64,000 bases of DNA from Eledone cirrhosa (Eukaryota): positions 283,464,001-283,528,000 of the forward strand of contig OZ024742.1 in NCBI GenBank assembly GCA_964016885.1, read 5' to 3'. The number at the start of each line of letters is the position of its first letter. The stretch's first letter is position 1. Both the position numbers and the translations under genes were made by a program. The notes below the pieces were generated by a model that saw only the letters and a list, made by a program, of their open reading frames with translations, had not been told where the DNA came from and did not search any database. Below are positions 31,982-45,233 of this stretch, in pieces.

Positions 31982-34712
31982 TCAGTGAAGAACACAACAA
32001 ATGCTGCAGTAGTAGGAGTGGGTTTTGTGTTCAGTGCAAAAACCAATCTGTTGGTGAGGGAAATAATGCCTATCTCCCCGCGAGTGTTGAGGGTGACCTT
32101 CAATGGAAACCCAAGACTGACAGTCATCTCAGCCTATAGTCCAACCGAGGGGGACAGTGATGTGAATGCGGAGGAGTTCCATGAGGAGGTGTGTAGAGCT
32201 GTCAACACCACTCAGGCACACACTATCCTGCTTGTTTTGGGGGACTTCAATGCACATCTGAGTAAGGAGGGCAGTGAAGATCCTTGCTGGTACTTCCATA
32301 ACAACACCAACCGAAATGGAAGACTACTGAGAGACACCCTGCTGGAGGCGAACTTGATGGCGACCAACCTAAGGTTTGGGAAGAATCTGGGGAAGATGTG
32401 GACCTACATCTCAGATATGCACCTGTCCAAGTCCCAGATTGATTTCATTCTGGTGAGGAAAAAGTGGCGGAATAGTGTTCTGAACACGGAACCATACAGC
32501 TATTTCAGTACACTGGGTAGTGACCACCGGCTTGTTATGAGTGAGGTCCGCGTGAGCTTAAGAAAGAGCAAGGCTCAGCCCCGGAGAACAATCTATGACT
32601 GGGGAGCTTTCAAGGAAGATGATAAGCTACAGGAGAGGTTCACAGTGGAAGTGAGAAACAGGTTTAGTGCTCTGTGTGGAGAGTCAGAGGAGAGAGAGAT
32701 TGGATGGACTGAGGAGAGTGTGACGAGGAGGTACGGGCACTTCACCAATGCAGTGGCGAAAGCAAGTGAAACCCTGGTGCCGAGAAAAAAGAACAAAGGG
32801 AAGCACGTCAGCTCTGCAAACCCAAAATTGTGTGCAGCCAGAGAACACCTGAAAGCTGCCAGGGACCAATTCTATGCTGATCCTACGGAGGAGAGGATGG
32901 AGACTGTGGAGGTGATGAGGGAAGAGCTCTGTACCGCTTACACTGAGGTCAGAGAGGAGGCACTGATAGAGAAGATCAGAAGTGTGGAGAGAGCGGTTGA
33001 CAGATCTGGATGTAAGGAGAGCTGGATGATCATCAATGAGATCACAGGGAGGAAGAAAAGGTGTTCGAGTCAGATCCAGAGAACGGGGCCCGAGGATAGG
33101 AAGAGGAAATGGCTAGACCATTTTAGGACCCTACTAGGAGAGCCACCCTCCACAGCCCAGAGCACTGGGGAGATCAGGCGGCTGTTTGAGGAACTGGATG
33201 TTGAGACAGAGCCCTTCACCAGAGAGGAGCTTCAGAGAGCCAAGAAGAAGATCAAGGAGGGCAAGGCTCATGGAGAAGATGGAGTGGCATCAGAGGTGAT
33301 GAAGAGGTGTGATTTTGATGATATCATCCTGGGGTTCTGTAACGGGGCACTGGAGAAAGGAGTTGCCCCGAATCAGTGGAGGATCAGTAACATCGTCCCA
33401 GTGCCAAAGAAAGGAGATCTCTCTAACACCAACAACTAGCGGGGGATCTCACTGACGTCACTTGTGGCAAAGACCCTCAACAGGATGATTCTTAACAGGA
33501 TCCAGCCTGAGATGGAGAAGAAGCTCAGGGACAACCAGAACGGCTTCAGAGAGGGTAGATCAACCACCAGTCACGTCCTGATGCTGAGGAGGATATTAGA
33601 GGGAGCTAGAGCAAAGTGCCTTCCTGCGGTCATGGTTTTCATTGACTTTAGGAAGGTCTTTGATTCTGTGGACCGTTACTGCCTGATGAAGATCTTACAG
33701 GCTTATGGAATCCCCAAGAGGATAGTGGACCTGATATCACTGCTCTACACCAACACCAAAGCCTGATGGGATGACAGAGTTCTTTGAGATACTGGCTGGA
33801 GTGCTCCAGGGAGATACATTGGCTCCCTACCTTTTTATCATCGTAGTGGACTATTGTATGCGCCTTGCACTGGAGAAACACCAGGACACTGGCTTTACTG
33901 TAGCACCGGCTCAGAGCAGGAGAGTTGGGGCGAAAAAGGTATCGGATGCTGAATTTGCCGACGACATAGTTTTGGTGACAAATACAGTGAAGGAGGCAGA
34001 GGATTTGATGCGGGAGGTTGAGACTGTGTCGATGAGTGTGGGGCTGAGAATGAATGAGACTAAAACAAAATATCTGGTAGAGAATGTTGAGAAGCCAGAG
34101 GGGATCACTAATGTAGGCGGGAAGCCGCTGGAATTGGTTGAGGACTTCCTGTATTTGGGAGCAAAGATTGGGAATACGGAAGATGATGTGGTTGAGAGGA
34201 AGAGCAAGGCCTGGGCGGCGTGTCACAGCTTGAGATCGGTGTGGAAGTCGGACCTTCGTAGAGACCTGAAAATCCGCCTCTTCATTGCTGTAGTGGAGTC
34301 TGTGCTGCTGTATGGGTCTGAGACTTGGACACTGACCAAGAGACTCACTCAGGTGGTGGATGGGTGCTACACGAGAATGCTGAGGATGGCTCTGAACATT
34401 AATCAGTATACACTGAGGATGAAAAACTCAGAGCTGTATGGGAGCATCCCAAAAGTCAGCTCAAAAGTGACACAGAGGAGACTGAGGTTGGCTGGACATG
34501 CTCACCGACATCCAGAGTTGACATTGCACTCAGTGCTCCTTTGGGAGCCCCTACATGGACACACTAGAAGAGGAAGACCAAGGTTAACATATGTTGATGC
34601 CCTAAGGACAGACACTGGTCTGTTGGAGATGCAGGATATGGCAGCGATAATGAGGGACAGAGACCGCTGGAGAGAACTCGTCCATGGATCTCGGGAATTT
34701 TACCCGCCTTAG
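31982..34712 (+). mobile_element. RTE-clade non-LTR retrotransposon, 5'-truncated, disabled (AP endonuclease + RT)
   Basis: APE motifs SAYSPT, LGDFNA, QIDFIL, SDHRLV. RT motifs QNGFREGRST, FIDFRKVFDSV, GVLQGDTLAPYLF, FADDI; C-terminal LLYGSETW, GRPRLTY. In-frame TAG at 33437 and a deletion/frameshift near 33763; TATG tail. Confidence 0.93.
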
Positions 34713-34721
34713 ATATGTATG

Positions 34722-34791
<70 letters not shown>

Positions 34792-34793
34792 TG

Positions 34794-36803
34794 TTGTTAT
34801 ACTTTGGGAGGGTCATGTTGCCAATAAGAAACACACGCACCAGTTGCTTTCACTTCAATTTATTATAATAAATTTATAATAAATTTATAAATTTATAAAT
34901 TTCTGGTTGGTTGGTTGGTTCCACAACCAGATAGTTGTTTATATATAGTCATAGTTCTTTCGTCACACACTCTGTGACCTCTTCAGTGACTGGGGATTCC
35001 TTTCTTTGTTTCTGTGCCTCTCCTTTGTTCTGTCCTACGCCATTTTGTTTCTGTGTGTGTGTTGTGTGCTCAGTCTGCGCATGCGCCACATCCGGGTGTC
35101 TGTGTGTGTTTATGTTCATTTATTTATTTGTTTATTTACATGTTACTGGCTGGTTGTTTGTTCTATGTGTGTGTGTGTTTTCATTTTGTCCTTAATTGTA
35201 AGTTGTGATGTTGCTGTTCCACTCATATTTTCTATTTAATTTTGGTTGTAATTCTTTTATGTTTATTGCCTCTGTAATTTGTCTAAACATTGCGTCTTTT
35301 CTGTGTGTAGATTCTATTTTTATTTCTATGTTCTCTAATTTACCCTTGTGTTCTATTTTAGCATGTTGGTAGAGTACAGATGATTCTTTACTATCTTGAA
35401 GGTCTCGCCAGTGTTCATTTAACCGTTCCCCTACACTACGAGCTGTCTCACCTATGTACACTATATTTTTGTCTCTACATTGTCCTTCAGTACATCTTAT
35501 GCTATACACTACATTTTTAGTTTTACAGTTAATATGGGGGCTTATTTTACAGTTTATACATTTCTTATCTATACATGAGGGTCTTTGGAAAGGGTATGTC
35601 CATTACGCGAGCGCTGCATGAGCTTACGCAAGCCATTTGCAGATTTTTCTCCCAGTTGCTGGGCCTCAATTCTATTATGCTTCTTGCTATACTGTTCTAT
35701 AATATTTCTAAGTTCGGATCTAGCTATACTAAATTGTGCTTCTGTTTGTTCATCGATCTGCGACGGCAATTGCGTGCGTTTGTTAAATGGTAGAGTCGTG
35801 GCGTGGACTCGTCGCAGGTCGAATACAACCCCTAGAGGTGAATTAGCTTACAAATTTAGAAGGGCCCTAAATAAACATAAACTCAATATTAAGATAGTAG
35901 AAAGACCAGGTACCTCCGTAAAAACACTTATTAGCAAGACATACCCTTTCCAAAGACCCTCATGTATATATAAGAAATGTATAACCTGTAAAATAAGCCC
36001 CCATATTAACTGTAAAACTAGAAATGTAGTGTATAGCATAAGATGTACTGAAGGACAATGTAGAGACAAAAATATAGTGTACATAGGTGAGACAGCTCGT
36101 AGTGTAGGGGAACGGATAAATGAACACTGGCGAGACCTTCAAGATAGTAAAGAATCATCTGTACTCTACCAACATGCTAAAATAGAACACAAGGGTAAAT
36201 TAGAGAACATAGAAATAAAAATAGAATCTACACACCGAAAAGACGCAATGTTTAGACAAATTACAGAGGCAATAAACATAAAAGAATTACAACCAAAATT
36301 AAATAGAAAATATGAGTGGAACAGCAACATCACAACTTACAATTAAGGACAAAATGAAAACACACACACACATAGAACAAACAACCAGCCAGTAACATGT
36401 AAATAAACAAATAAATAAATGAACATAAACACACACAGACACCCGGATGTGGCGCATGCGCAGACTGAGCACACAACACACACACAGAAACAAAATGGCG
36501 TAGGACAGAACAAAGGAGAGGCACAGAAACAAAGAAAGGAATCCCCAGTCACTGAAGAGGTCACAGAGTGTGTGACGAAAGAACTATGACTATATATAAA
36601 CAACTATCTGGTTGTGGAACCAACCAACCAACCAGAAATTTATAAATTTATAAATTTATTATAAATTTATTATAATAAATTGAAGTGAAAGCAACTGGTG
36701 CGTGTGTTTCTTATTGGCAACATGACCCACCCAAAGTATAACAATATCGGTTTCAACACACGATTTCAGATAAAGAATCTTGCTAAACAAATTCAGAAAC
36801 GAA
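34794..36803 (+). mobile_element. Truncated Penelope-like element (Naiad-like C-terminus) with about 800-bp 5' inversion; GIY-YIG fragment at 35826-36346
   Basis: TPRGELA..KIVERPG..CIYKKCITC..NCKTRNVVYSIRC..YIGETARSVGERINEH..RQITEA..LNRKYEWN. 34794-35598 is the reverse complement of about 35940-36745; unique tail to 36803. Clade assignment is from memory of motifs. Confidence 0.88.
36547..36591 (+). ncRNA. Minimal type I hammerhead ribozyme (inverted copy at 34947-34991)
   Basis: agtca CTGAAGA g gtcac agagtgt gtgac GAAA g aa CTA tgact. Confidence 0.8.
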
Positions 36804-36830
36804 ATATATATATATATATGTATATATATG

Positions 36831-36863
<33 letters not shown>

Positions 36864-36874
36864 GTATATATATG

Positions 36875-36931
<57 letters not shown>

Positions 36932-36946
36932 GTATATATATATATG

Positions 36947-37059
<113 letters not shown>

Positions 37060-37284
37060 GTATATATATATATGTATATATATATATGTATATATATATA
37101 TGTATATATATATATGTATATATATATATGTATATATATATATGTATGTATATATATATATATGTATATGTATATATATATATATGTATATATGTATATA
37201 TGTATATATGTATATATGTATATATGTATATATGTATATATGTATATATGTATGTATATATATATATGTATATATATATATATG

Positions 37285-37333
<49 letters not shown>

Positions 37334-37400
37334 GTATATATGTATATATATGTATATATATATATGTATATGTATATGTATATATGTATATGTATATATG

Positions 37401-37443
<43 letters not shown>

Positions 37444-37475
37444 ATATATATATATATGTATGTATATATATATAT

Positions 37476-37913
37476 GACCAAAGATTAATATGGTTCGTTG
37501 ATTACTCAATGGATACAATTTTACAATAGTTTAGAAGCACTCAACTGAAGTTTTCCTGGAGTTTTTAATATTATTCAAAATATTAACAAATGAAAAATAT
37601 TCTCATAATCAAAATATATACTTTATTATATATATTTCAAAGGTACTGTGTTTTTTTTTTTCAGTACGTCCTCATCAGACAAAATATATGATTAGATATA
37701 TGACATACCACTACGGTCTTGATTATACAATTCCAATACACTGCCAATACTGGAATTGTATAATCAAGACAGTAGCGGTATGTCATATATCAAATCATAT
37801 ATTTTGTCTGATGAGGACGTACTGAAAAAACAACACAGTACCTTTGAAATATATATAAAGTATATATTTTGATTATGAGAATATTTTTCATTTGTTAATA
37901 TTTTGAATAATAT
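37476..37913 (-). mobile_element. Palindromic PLE-type terminal repeat with HHRs (minus copy about 37617-37688 intact; plus copy about 37798-37864 with a 3-nt loss)
   Basis: IR 37568-37913. Minus strand: tatattttgt CTGATGA ggac gtactg..cagtac cttt GAAA tatatat A ataaagtata. Confidence 0.75.
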
Positions 37914-37914
37914 G

Positions 37915-37949
<35 letters not shown>

Positions 37950-38139
37950 GGCTGATTAACAACATGCTTTCTCTCTTCTCTTACTATTCCCTTGTTTTCT
38001 TTTTTTACTCTTGTCTGTCTTTTTTTTTTCTTTTTTTTTTCGTTTCTGTCCCAAACATCTTCTCTTCTCTTTGCTTTTATCTTCCATTGAAAGACAGACG
38101 TCCGAACATTAAATCTCTTTTCCAACGTTATTACTAGTA

Positions 38140-38355
38140 TTGTAGGATTGGCAGTATCGGTAGAGCGTCGGACGCCATGCTTTGCAGCATAGAGTTACGC
38201 CCCTTTATGATCTGAGTTCAAATCTCGCCGAGGGTAACTTTGCCTTTCATCCTTATGGGGTCGATAAAATAAAGTACCAGTCACGCACTCGGGTCGAAAT
38301 AATCGACTTTCCCCCTCCCCCAAAATGGCTGGCCTTGTGCCTATATAAGAAGCAT
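38140..38355 (+). mobile_element. SINE family 1 copy
   Basis: Full head and body. Confidence 0.8.
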
Positions 38356-38495
38356 TACTATTATTGTATTGTGTTGTACTCTTGTAATGCTTTTCTTCTT
38401 GACCTTTCTTTTCCTGTTACCCACCCTACTACCCTAAGTATCGAGTACTCTGGTGCGTTATTGTCCACCTGGTTTCTTACCACACTTTCTTTGTT

Positions 38496-38533
<38 letters not shown>

Positions 38534-38641
38534 AACAAACGTACGTATGTATACTTATTTATATGTGTGTGTGTATGTATGTGTATATGCGTCTGTGTGT
38601 GTGTGCGTAATTAAACTAGCTTTCCTCTTGTTATTTTACAG

Positions 38642-38740
38642 TATGGAATGACAACTCTACATCTTGCAGCACAATATGGCTACGTCCACATCCTTGAAGC
38701 CCTAAAGGATTCCATCTCATGGGAATACACAAGCAAAAAG
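38642..38740 (+). CDS. nompC: TRPN/NompC exon (ankyrin repeat)
   Basis: ttacag|TAT...AAG|gtaag. YGMTTLHLAAQYGYVHILEALKDSISWEYTSKK. Confidence 0.92.
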
Positions 38741-38929
38741 GTAAGGTAATTCTTCAAATTCTGTCTATTTTACGAGAGGTATCGAGTGTATATATAATTT
38801 CACATGAAAAGCAGAGGGTAAATAGGGGTAACTGGTTGGGAGTTATTAATATAAAGGTTGGATAGTAATAGCTGTTACACCTTTAATCATAACAGTCAGA
38901 CATTTCGTCATTATTTTAACACCTATGAT

Positions 38930-39372
38930 AATGATTTCTACTATAGGCACAAGTCCAGCCATTTGGTGGGGAGCGGAAAGTCGATTAAATCGACCCCAGT
39001 GCATTACTGGGGCTTTATTTTATCAACCCCGTAAGGATGAAAGGCAAAGCTAACCTCGGTGAAAGTTGAACTCAGAACGTAAAGGGCCATGACTCTGCGC
39101 CACTAAGCATGTTGTCCGACGCTCTACCGATTCTTCCAATTCCCCTTATGTAGCGCCTATGATAATAACTGTAAGACCTTTAGTTATATCTGTAATACCT
39201 TTCATTATAACTGTAGGGCGGTGGATTAGAAGTATCGGTAGAGCGTCAAACACCAAGCTTTGCAGCATAGAGTTACGGTCCTTTACGGTCTGAGTTCAAA
39301 TCCCGCCGAAGTTAACTTTGCCTTTCATCCTTACTGGGTTGATAAAATAAAGCCTATAGTAGAAATCATTAT
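38930..39372. mobile_element. Divergently oriented pair of SINE family 1 copies
   Basis: Minus copy about 38930-39145; plus copy about 39215-39372. Confidence 0.75.
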
Positions 39373-39544
39373 AACTGTAACACTTTTTATCATATGATCA
39401 GAACTGATCTGGGGTTCAACTACAACAACAACATCAATAACTATATCATAAAAAGGAAATAAGTGCACAACAATTGTTTAATCTTTTTAATGATGTATTT
39501 TTTTAATACAGATATTAACTCTAGATTCTATTTCGTGTTTTCAG

Positions 39545-39673
39545 ACTGGACTCACTGCACTCCATATTGCTGCCCGATACGCACAAGTAAACTTTGTACA
39601 GGAGATGTTAACACGGGTGTCGGCCATTGTACCCAGTAAATGTCCTTCTGAGACGAATTCACCAGACATAGAG
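39545..39673 (+). CDS. nompC: TRPN/NompC exon (ankyrin repeat plus loop)
   Basis: ttcag|ACT...GAG|gtatg. TGLTALHIAARYAQVNFVQEMLTRVSAIVPSKCPSETNSPDIE. Confidence 0.92.
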
Positions 39674-40505
39674 GTATGTTTTGGATCATAGCTCAAATAG
39701 TGGCTCTGATGAGGGACAGTATTTACAGACGGAGTAACGGTTCAATGATACAGAATACTTAAAGAATGATCAAGGATCAAGAGAGGACATGATTTAATGG
39801 CGAATCTAGGATCAACAGTACAACGATCACGCGCAATTGAGGATAGCTTGGTAGTAGTGTACACCATCCTTTCAATAAGGGTTTTAGACGCTCATTTAGT
39901 CTCGAGCTGACACAAATACCCTGTCGACCCTCCAGCTCTTGCTCTAGTCAGACATCCAGTATGTGAGAGCTGGGGGGCTGCACTAGCACTGAGATGGTGC
40001 TTTCTTTGTCGACACCGAAAGGATGATAGGCAAAGTGGTCCTTAGCGGAAGATGAATTCAAATACACAGGGAGCCGGAATAAATATTGCAACGCATTGTA
40101 TCCGATGTTTTAGGACTCTGATAACCACCTTATAGGATCTCGATTAAATAGGATTTAAAGTAAAGGGATAAAAGTAAAGATGATTTGAAGAGAAATCAAG
40201 GGCCGAAGTATTATGGCGTTGTTAATATCAGTATTTGCTTTCTATGAATTAAAAAGAATATTTGAGGGATTTTAACAAAGCTCAGAGACATTTTTGGGTA
40301 GGTGTCATAGTCGACTAGCACGACTTAGCCCAAGAGACAGCATCACTTTTTTTATTCCTTTCCTCATTTCTAGACAAAGAAGGAATTGGGAAATGTTAAA
40401 TTCTACCTTCCTCACGGTAACTGAACCAATACTCCTGTCCAAACTCCAGCTCGTATACACTCTACCATTTTATTAGGTCTTTTCAGTCGGATTGTACTGG
40501 ATGTA

Positions 40506-40868
40506 CACCACCACCACCACAACAGCGACGACAACGACGACGACGACAACAACAATAATAACAGTGACGACGACGACAACAACAACAACAGCGACGACGA
40601 CGACGACGACGACAATAACAACAATAATAACAGCGACGACAACAACAATAATAACAGCGACGACGACGACAACAACAACAGCAACGACGGCGATGATAAC
40701 AGCAACAGCGACGATAACAACAATAATAACAACGACAACGACAATAACAGCGACGACGATGGCGACGACAACAACAACGACGACGACGACGACAACGACA
40801 ACAACAATAACAGCAACGACGATGGCGACGACAACAACAACGACGACGACGACGGCAACAACAACAAA
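40506..40868. repeat. Imperfect (ACA/ACG/ATA)n trinucleotide repeat
   Basis: Directly visible. Confidence 0.9.
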
Positions 40869-41102
40869 CATTATTTTACTTATATCTTTGCTGGATCATG
40901 ACTGATCGGATCTTGACAACAACAAACTCTACTTTTCTTAGATCTGTCTCACTATTGACAAAATCTAACAACAACAATAAAAACCGTTACCTTTCTCGTA
41001 TCTATTCAATCATTACCAACACCACATACAACAACAACAAATCTGTCTGAGGAATTTAATCTGTCATGAATGTCATTAATTTTTTTTTTTTTTCTTCTAC
41101 AG

Positions 41103-41210
41103 TATGGTTTGACTCCTTTACATATGGCAGCACAATCTGGTCACGAAGGGCTGGTTCGAATCCTGCTCAACTCCGCTGGGGTATATTTCGATGCTTATAC
41201 AGCTATTAAT
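41103..41210 (+). CDS. nompC: TRPN/NompC exon (ankyrin repeat)
   Basis: ctacag|TAT...AAT|gtaag. YGLTPLHMAAQSGHEGLVRILLNSAGVYFDAYTAIN. Confidence 0.93.
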
Positions 41211-41498
41211 GTAAGTTTTTTACATCAACATTGAACGATATATCATATAACGATGGCTCAAAATCCACTTTCACCCACTCACGATTTCAATTACAATAAA
41301 CATTATTATAACGAACTGGAAGATGCGAACGTTGTAATTCATTTGGAACAATAAAGTTCTCATATCCATCATCAAAACTTTTAGACTTTCGCGATCTCAT
41401 CTTCAGGATGTGAAGTGTTGTTGACGTGTGTAGTAGATTCCTTTTCTTTTGTAGTAGGAAAACGTTATTTAAGTAGTCTTTATCGCCAAAATTCGAAA

Positions 41499-41547
<49 letters not shown>

Positions 41548-41550
<3 letters not shown>

Positions 41551-41872
41551 CGAAGGAAATGTGGTAAGGAACCAGGTGGACCATAACGCACCAAAGTACT
41601 CAATACTTGGGGTAGTATATATGGTGGTATATATATATAGGAAAAAGTATGACCCCCGACGGCAGAGCTCAAGCCGTTTCGACGGCTATTTCTGGACTAA
41701 ACATTAGTCCAGAAATAGCCGTCGAAACGGCTTGAGCTCTGCCGTCGGGGTCATACTTTTTCCTATTTCCCACTCTACTACCCTAAGTATTGAGTACTCT
41801 GGTGCGTTATGGTCCATCTGGTTCCTTACTACAATTCCTTTTCGCTGGCCACTTTGTTGATTATTACGCAGC

Positions 41873-41873
<1 letters not shown>
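41548..41873 (+). mobile_element. Fold-back repeat family in (TA)n; other copies at 48660-48878 and a fragment at 38420-38490
   Basis: agtccagaa.tagccgtcgaaacggcttgagctc.gccgtcggggtc... present as an inverted pair at both loci. Confidence 0.75.
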
Positions 41874-41906
<33 letters not shown>

Positions 41907-41965
41907 AGAAAAGGCTTTCTGAACACACAAGCCGAAACCGCTTGGCAACGCGGTTTGGTTTTACA

Positions 41966-42057
<92 letters not shown>

Positions 42058-42086
42058 TTAAGAATATTTGTATCACTTTTCTTCAG

Positions 42087-42284
42087 GGTTACAGTCCGTT
42101 TCATTTAGCCGCACAATCCGGACACACATCGGTGGTCAGTCTCTTACTGAGTAAGTCAACAACCCAGTTACACTGTGTAGACAAGCACAAGAGAACAGCA
42201 TTACACTTGGCTGCAGGTAATGGCCATATAAATATGGTTCGTCTATTGATGGGTCAAGGTGCTGATATTAATGCTGTTGAAGAG
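42087..42284 (+). CDS. nompC: TRPN/NompC exon (two ankyrin repeats)
   Basis: cttcag|GGT...GAG|gtaaa. GYSPFHLAAQSGHTSVVSLLLSKSTTQLHCVDKHKRTALHLAAGNGHINMVRLLMGQGADINAVEE. Confidence 0.95.
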
Positions 42285-42307
42285 GTAAATATATTTACAG
42301 TATGTCT

Positions 42308-43055
42308 TTGATTGGCAGTATCGGTAGAGCGTCGGACAACATTCTTTGTGGCATACAGTTACGTCCCTTTACGTTCTGGGTTCAAAATCCCACCGTGGTT
42401 AGCTTTGCCTATCATCCTCACGGGGTCGATAATATAAAGCACCAGCAATGCACTGGGGTTGTTTTAATCCACTTCCACCACCCCATATTTGTTGGCCTTG
42501 TGCCTAAATCAGAAACCAAGGGCGGTGGATTGGCAGTATCGGTAGAGGGTCGGATGCCATGCTTTGACGCATAGAGTTACGGCCCTTTACGGTCTGAATT
42601 CAAATCCCGCCGAGGTTAACCTTGCCTTTTATCCTTACGGGGTCGATAAAATAAAGCACCAGTAACGTACTGGGGTCGATTTAATCGACTTTCCCCTCCT
42701 CCAAAATTACTGGCCTTGTGCCTATACTAGAAATCATATCTACAAAGTTATCCTCATGGCTCAAGGACTTGGAGATTCGTGTTTTAGCACGAATCTCCTG
42801 GCCCTCTGTCACTCGTATAACTTCTCATCTATAATAATAATTGTTTCTACTTTAGGCACAAGGCCAGCAATTTTGGGGAAAGGGAAAAATCGATTAAATC
42901 GATCCCAGTGCATTATTGGTAATTTATTTATCGACCCCGTAAGGATGAACGGCAAAGCTAACATCGGTGTGATTTGACCTCAGAACGTAAAGGGCCGTAA
43001 CTCAATACTGCGAAGCATTTTGTCCGAGGCTCTACCGACACTTCCAATCCACCAC
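42308..43055. mobile_element. SINE family 1: two + copies (42308-42735) and one - copy (42840-43055)
   Basis: A/B boxes and conserved body. Confidence 0.8.
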
Positions 43056-43145
43056 CCTATAATAATTATTATTACACACACACACAGATATATGTAACAT
43101 GATAAAATATATGTTAGTGCCTCAATGTATGTGTTCCTTTTGTAG

Positions 43146-43352
43146 AATGGCTGTACATCACTGCATTACGCCAGCAAATATGGTTACTTAAACGTTGCCA
43201 AACAACTGGTAGAGAGTGGTGCCAGTACCAATGTCACCTGTCACGACGGCAAGTTACCAATCTGCTATGCCTCTGCTTCCAGTCACACAGACATTCTTCA
43301 TTTCCTCATGAAGAAGGATCTAGACACCTACCACTTGATGGAGGACAAAAAG
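43146..43352 (+). CDS. nompC: TRPN/NompC exon (last two ankyrin repeats)
   Basis: tgtag|AAT...AAG|gtaag. NGCTSLHYASKYGYLNVAKQLVESGAS...GKLPICYASASSHTDILHFLMKKDLDTYHLMEDKK. Confidence 0.93.
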
Positions 43353-43909
43353 GTAAGTAAGCCTAAGTCTTCTTTGTTGGTCCTCTATTATTTCGTCTTG
43401 AGCAGTGAGTTGTCAAAGTCGTTAAGGCAAATCTGTCAACTCTCCCCGTCCGAGATCACATTGGATAATAAAGTCTAGACATACTCATAAAAAGATGTAA
43501 TGGTCACAGTTAGACTAGTTCTGATCATAAGTCTGCTAATGAGAACAGAACTTAATCCAAATAACAACAAGAAGCACACCTGCGACCCGCATGAAGGTTT
43601 TTACTGCGCGAGCATATTTTATCTTCGTAATATAAAATTTAAATTAGTTGTAATGTGCGCAATTAGTTGTCGTGTGTCGCCCTCAGACAACACATATGTG
43701 ACCCATGTGGCCCTCGGGGGACCCTCAGTTTGACATGCTTGATCTAGACTATATTATAGGCGGCCAACGTTGGATAGACTGCTGTAGAGAAAGAATTACC
43801 TCCACTGTTGGATTGTTGCTGTATTTATTGACTTCCTTTTCTTCTTCTCATTTCCCCCCCCCCCCTTACCTTTTTGTTCCCTTTAGTAATGTGTTTTGTT
43901 TTTACTAAG

Positions 43910-44300
43910 AATTGTTGTTGTTGTTGTTGTTCTTCTTCTTCTTCTTCTTCTTCTTCTTCTTCTTCTTTTTTGCCCACTTATTCCTGAGAGGGTCGTGGGA
44001 GCAGTCCTCAAACACGCCTTGCAGGTCCTGTCAGAAGCAACTGATCCGGCTGGATCCCCAAGCGTGACCAGCCAATCTTATTGATGTTATCCAATCATCT
44101 TGCTCGGGGTCTAGTCTTAGGTCTCTTGCTGGTTGGTTTTGCCCGTAAAATCTGTCCATCGATTCTTTCCTGAGACATTCTAACCACATGCCCATAGTAC
44201 TGGAGTTTTGATCTCTCAATTTGGAGAAGTAGTGGCTCTACCTGGAGTGACTCTCTGATCTCTGAGCTACGCACTTTATTGAGTAACATTTCTTCAAAGA
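43910..44300 (-). mobile_element. 3' fragment of an RTE-like LINE with (AAG)n/(AAC)n tail
   Basis: KVRSSEIRESLQVEPLLLQIERSKLQYYGHVVRMSQER..KRP..RPR. Confidence 0.75.
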
Positions 44301-44573
44301 AAGTTACTTTTTGTAGTGACACTTACACGACCACTTTACAGTGGGAGGGGTGTTGGCATACTATCTATATGCTTCAGCTTGGGCTTGTACCGATGGGAAA
44401 TCGGAGAAATAGCGGCTCTACCTGGAGTGACTCACTGATCTCCGAGCTGTTCTGCTATAGAACGGGTCGCAGGTGGCGTATAGCGATACGGCCACCAGAA
44501 TTATTCTTAAAAATAAAATTACAACAAAAAAAAATCAACTATTGTATGTTTGTTTGTTTTTTCTTTAATGCAG

Positions 44574-44873
44574 TTTGTATTCGATTTAATGGTGTGTGGC
44601 AAACTGAACCACAACAAGTGTATCCAAGATTTTGTGCTTATCTGCAAAGCACCACTAGAGGCAGCCGTGAAGCTGTGTCGTAACTTCAGAACTATCGCTT
44701 CGAAGGAGAAAGAACGCTCCAAAGATCTCGAACTAGCTGCTGACTATTGTGAAGAAATGGCCACCAATATCATGACTATCTCGTCGAGTCTTTATAATTC
44801 TGAACCGCTTCTCCGGTCGGTGGACCAGAACAATACTCAGTTCTTGGACTTCCTCATAGAAAACGAGCAGAAG
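44574..44873 (+). CDS. nompC: TRPN/NompC exon (linker helices)
   Basis: tgcag|TTT...AAG|gtgag. FVFDLMVCGK..IQDFVLICKAPLEAAVKL..KEKERSKDL..FLDFLIENEQK. Confidence 0.95.
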
Positions 44874-45233
44874 GTGAGAATAGTTTTTCATTGGATTTGA
44901 TATTTTTTACGATGGTTTCGTAATTCTGTTGAAGTCCATGTCAAAACAGTAAGGCGCACACACACACACACACACATTTATATATACAAGGTGTCCAAAA
45001 AATGTATACACACTTCAACAGCTTCTCCGGTCGGTGGACCAGAACAATACTCAGTTCTTGGACTTCCTCATAGAAAACGAGCAGAAGGTGAGAATAGTTT
45101 TTCATTGGATTTGATATTTTTTACGATGGTTTCGTAATTCTGTTGAAGTCCATGTCAAAACAGTAAGGCGCACACACACACACACACATTTATATATACA
45201 AGGTGTCCAAAAAATGTATACACACTTCAACAG
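44808..45233 (+). repeat. Tandem duplication (about 214-bp unit) of the exon 3' end, donor site and intron start
   Basis: cttctccggtcggtggacc...cacacttcaacag occurs at 44808 and again at 45022. Confidence 0.9.

Noticed and set aside
39706-39790. CTGATGA just after an exon as a hammerhead core
   Set aside because: No closing stem II, GAAA or NUH found.
40412-40905. Thr-rich mucin-like or Val/Leu-rich ORFs
   Set aside because: Intronic trinucleotide repeat with no splice or homology support.
41364-41415. Minus-strand catc CTGAAGA tgagatcgc GAAA..TT gatg as an HHR
   Set aside because: Stems II and III are too weak; at best a decayed copy, not counted.
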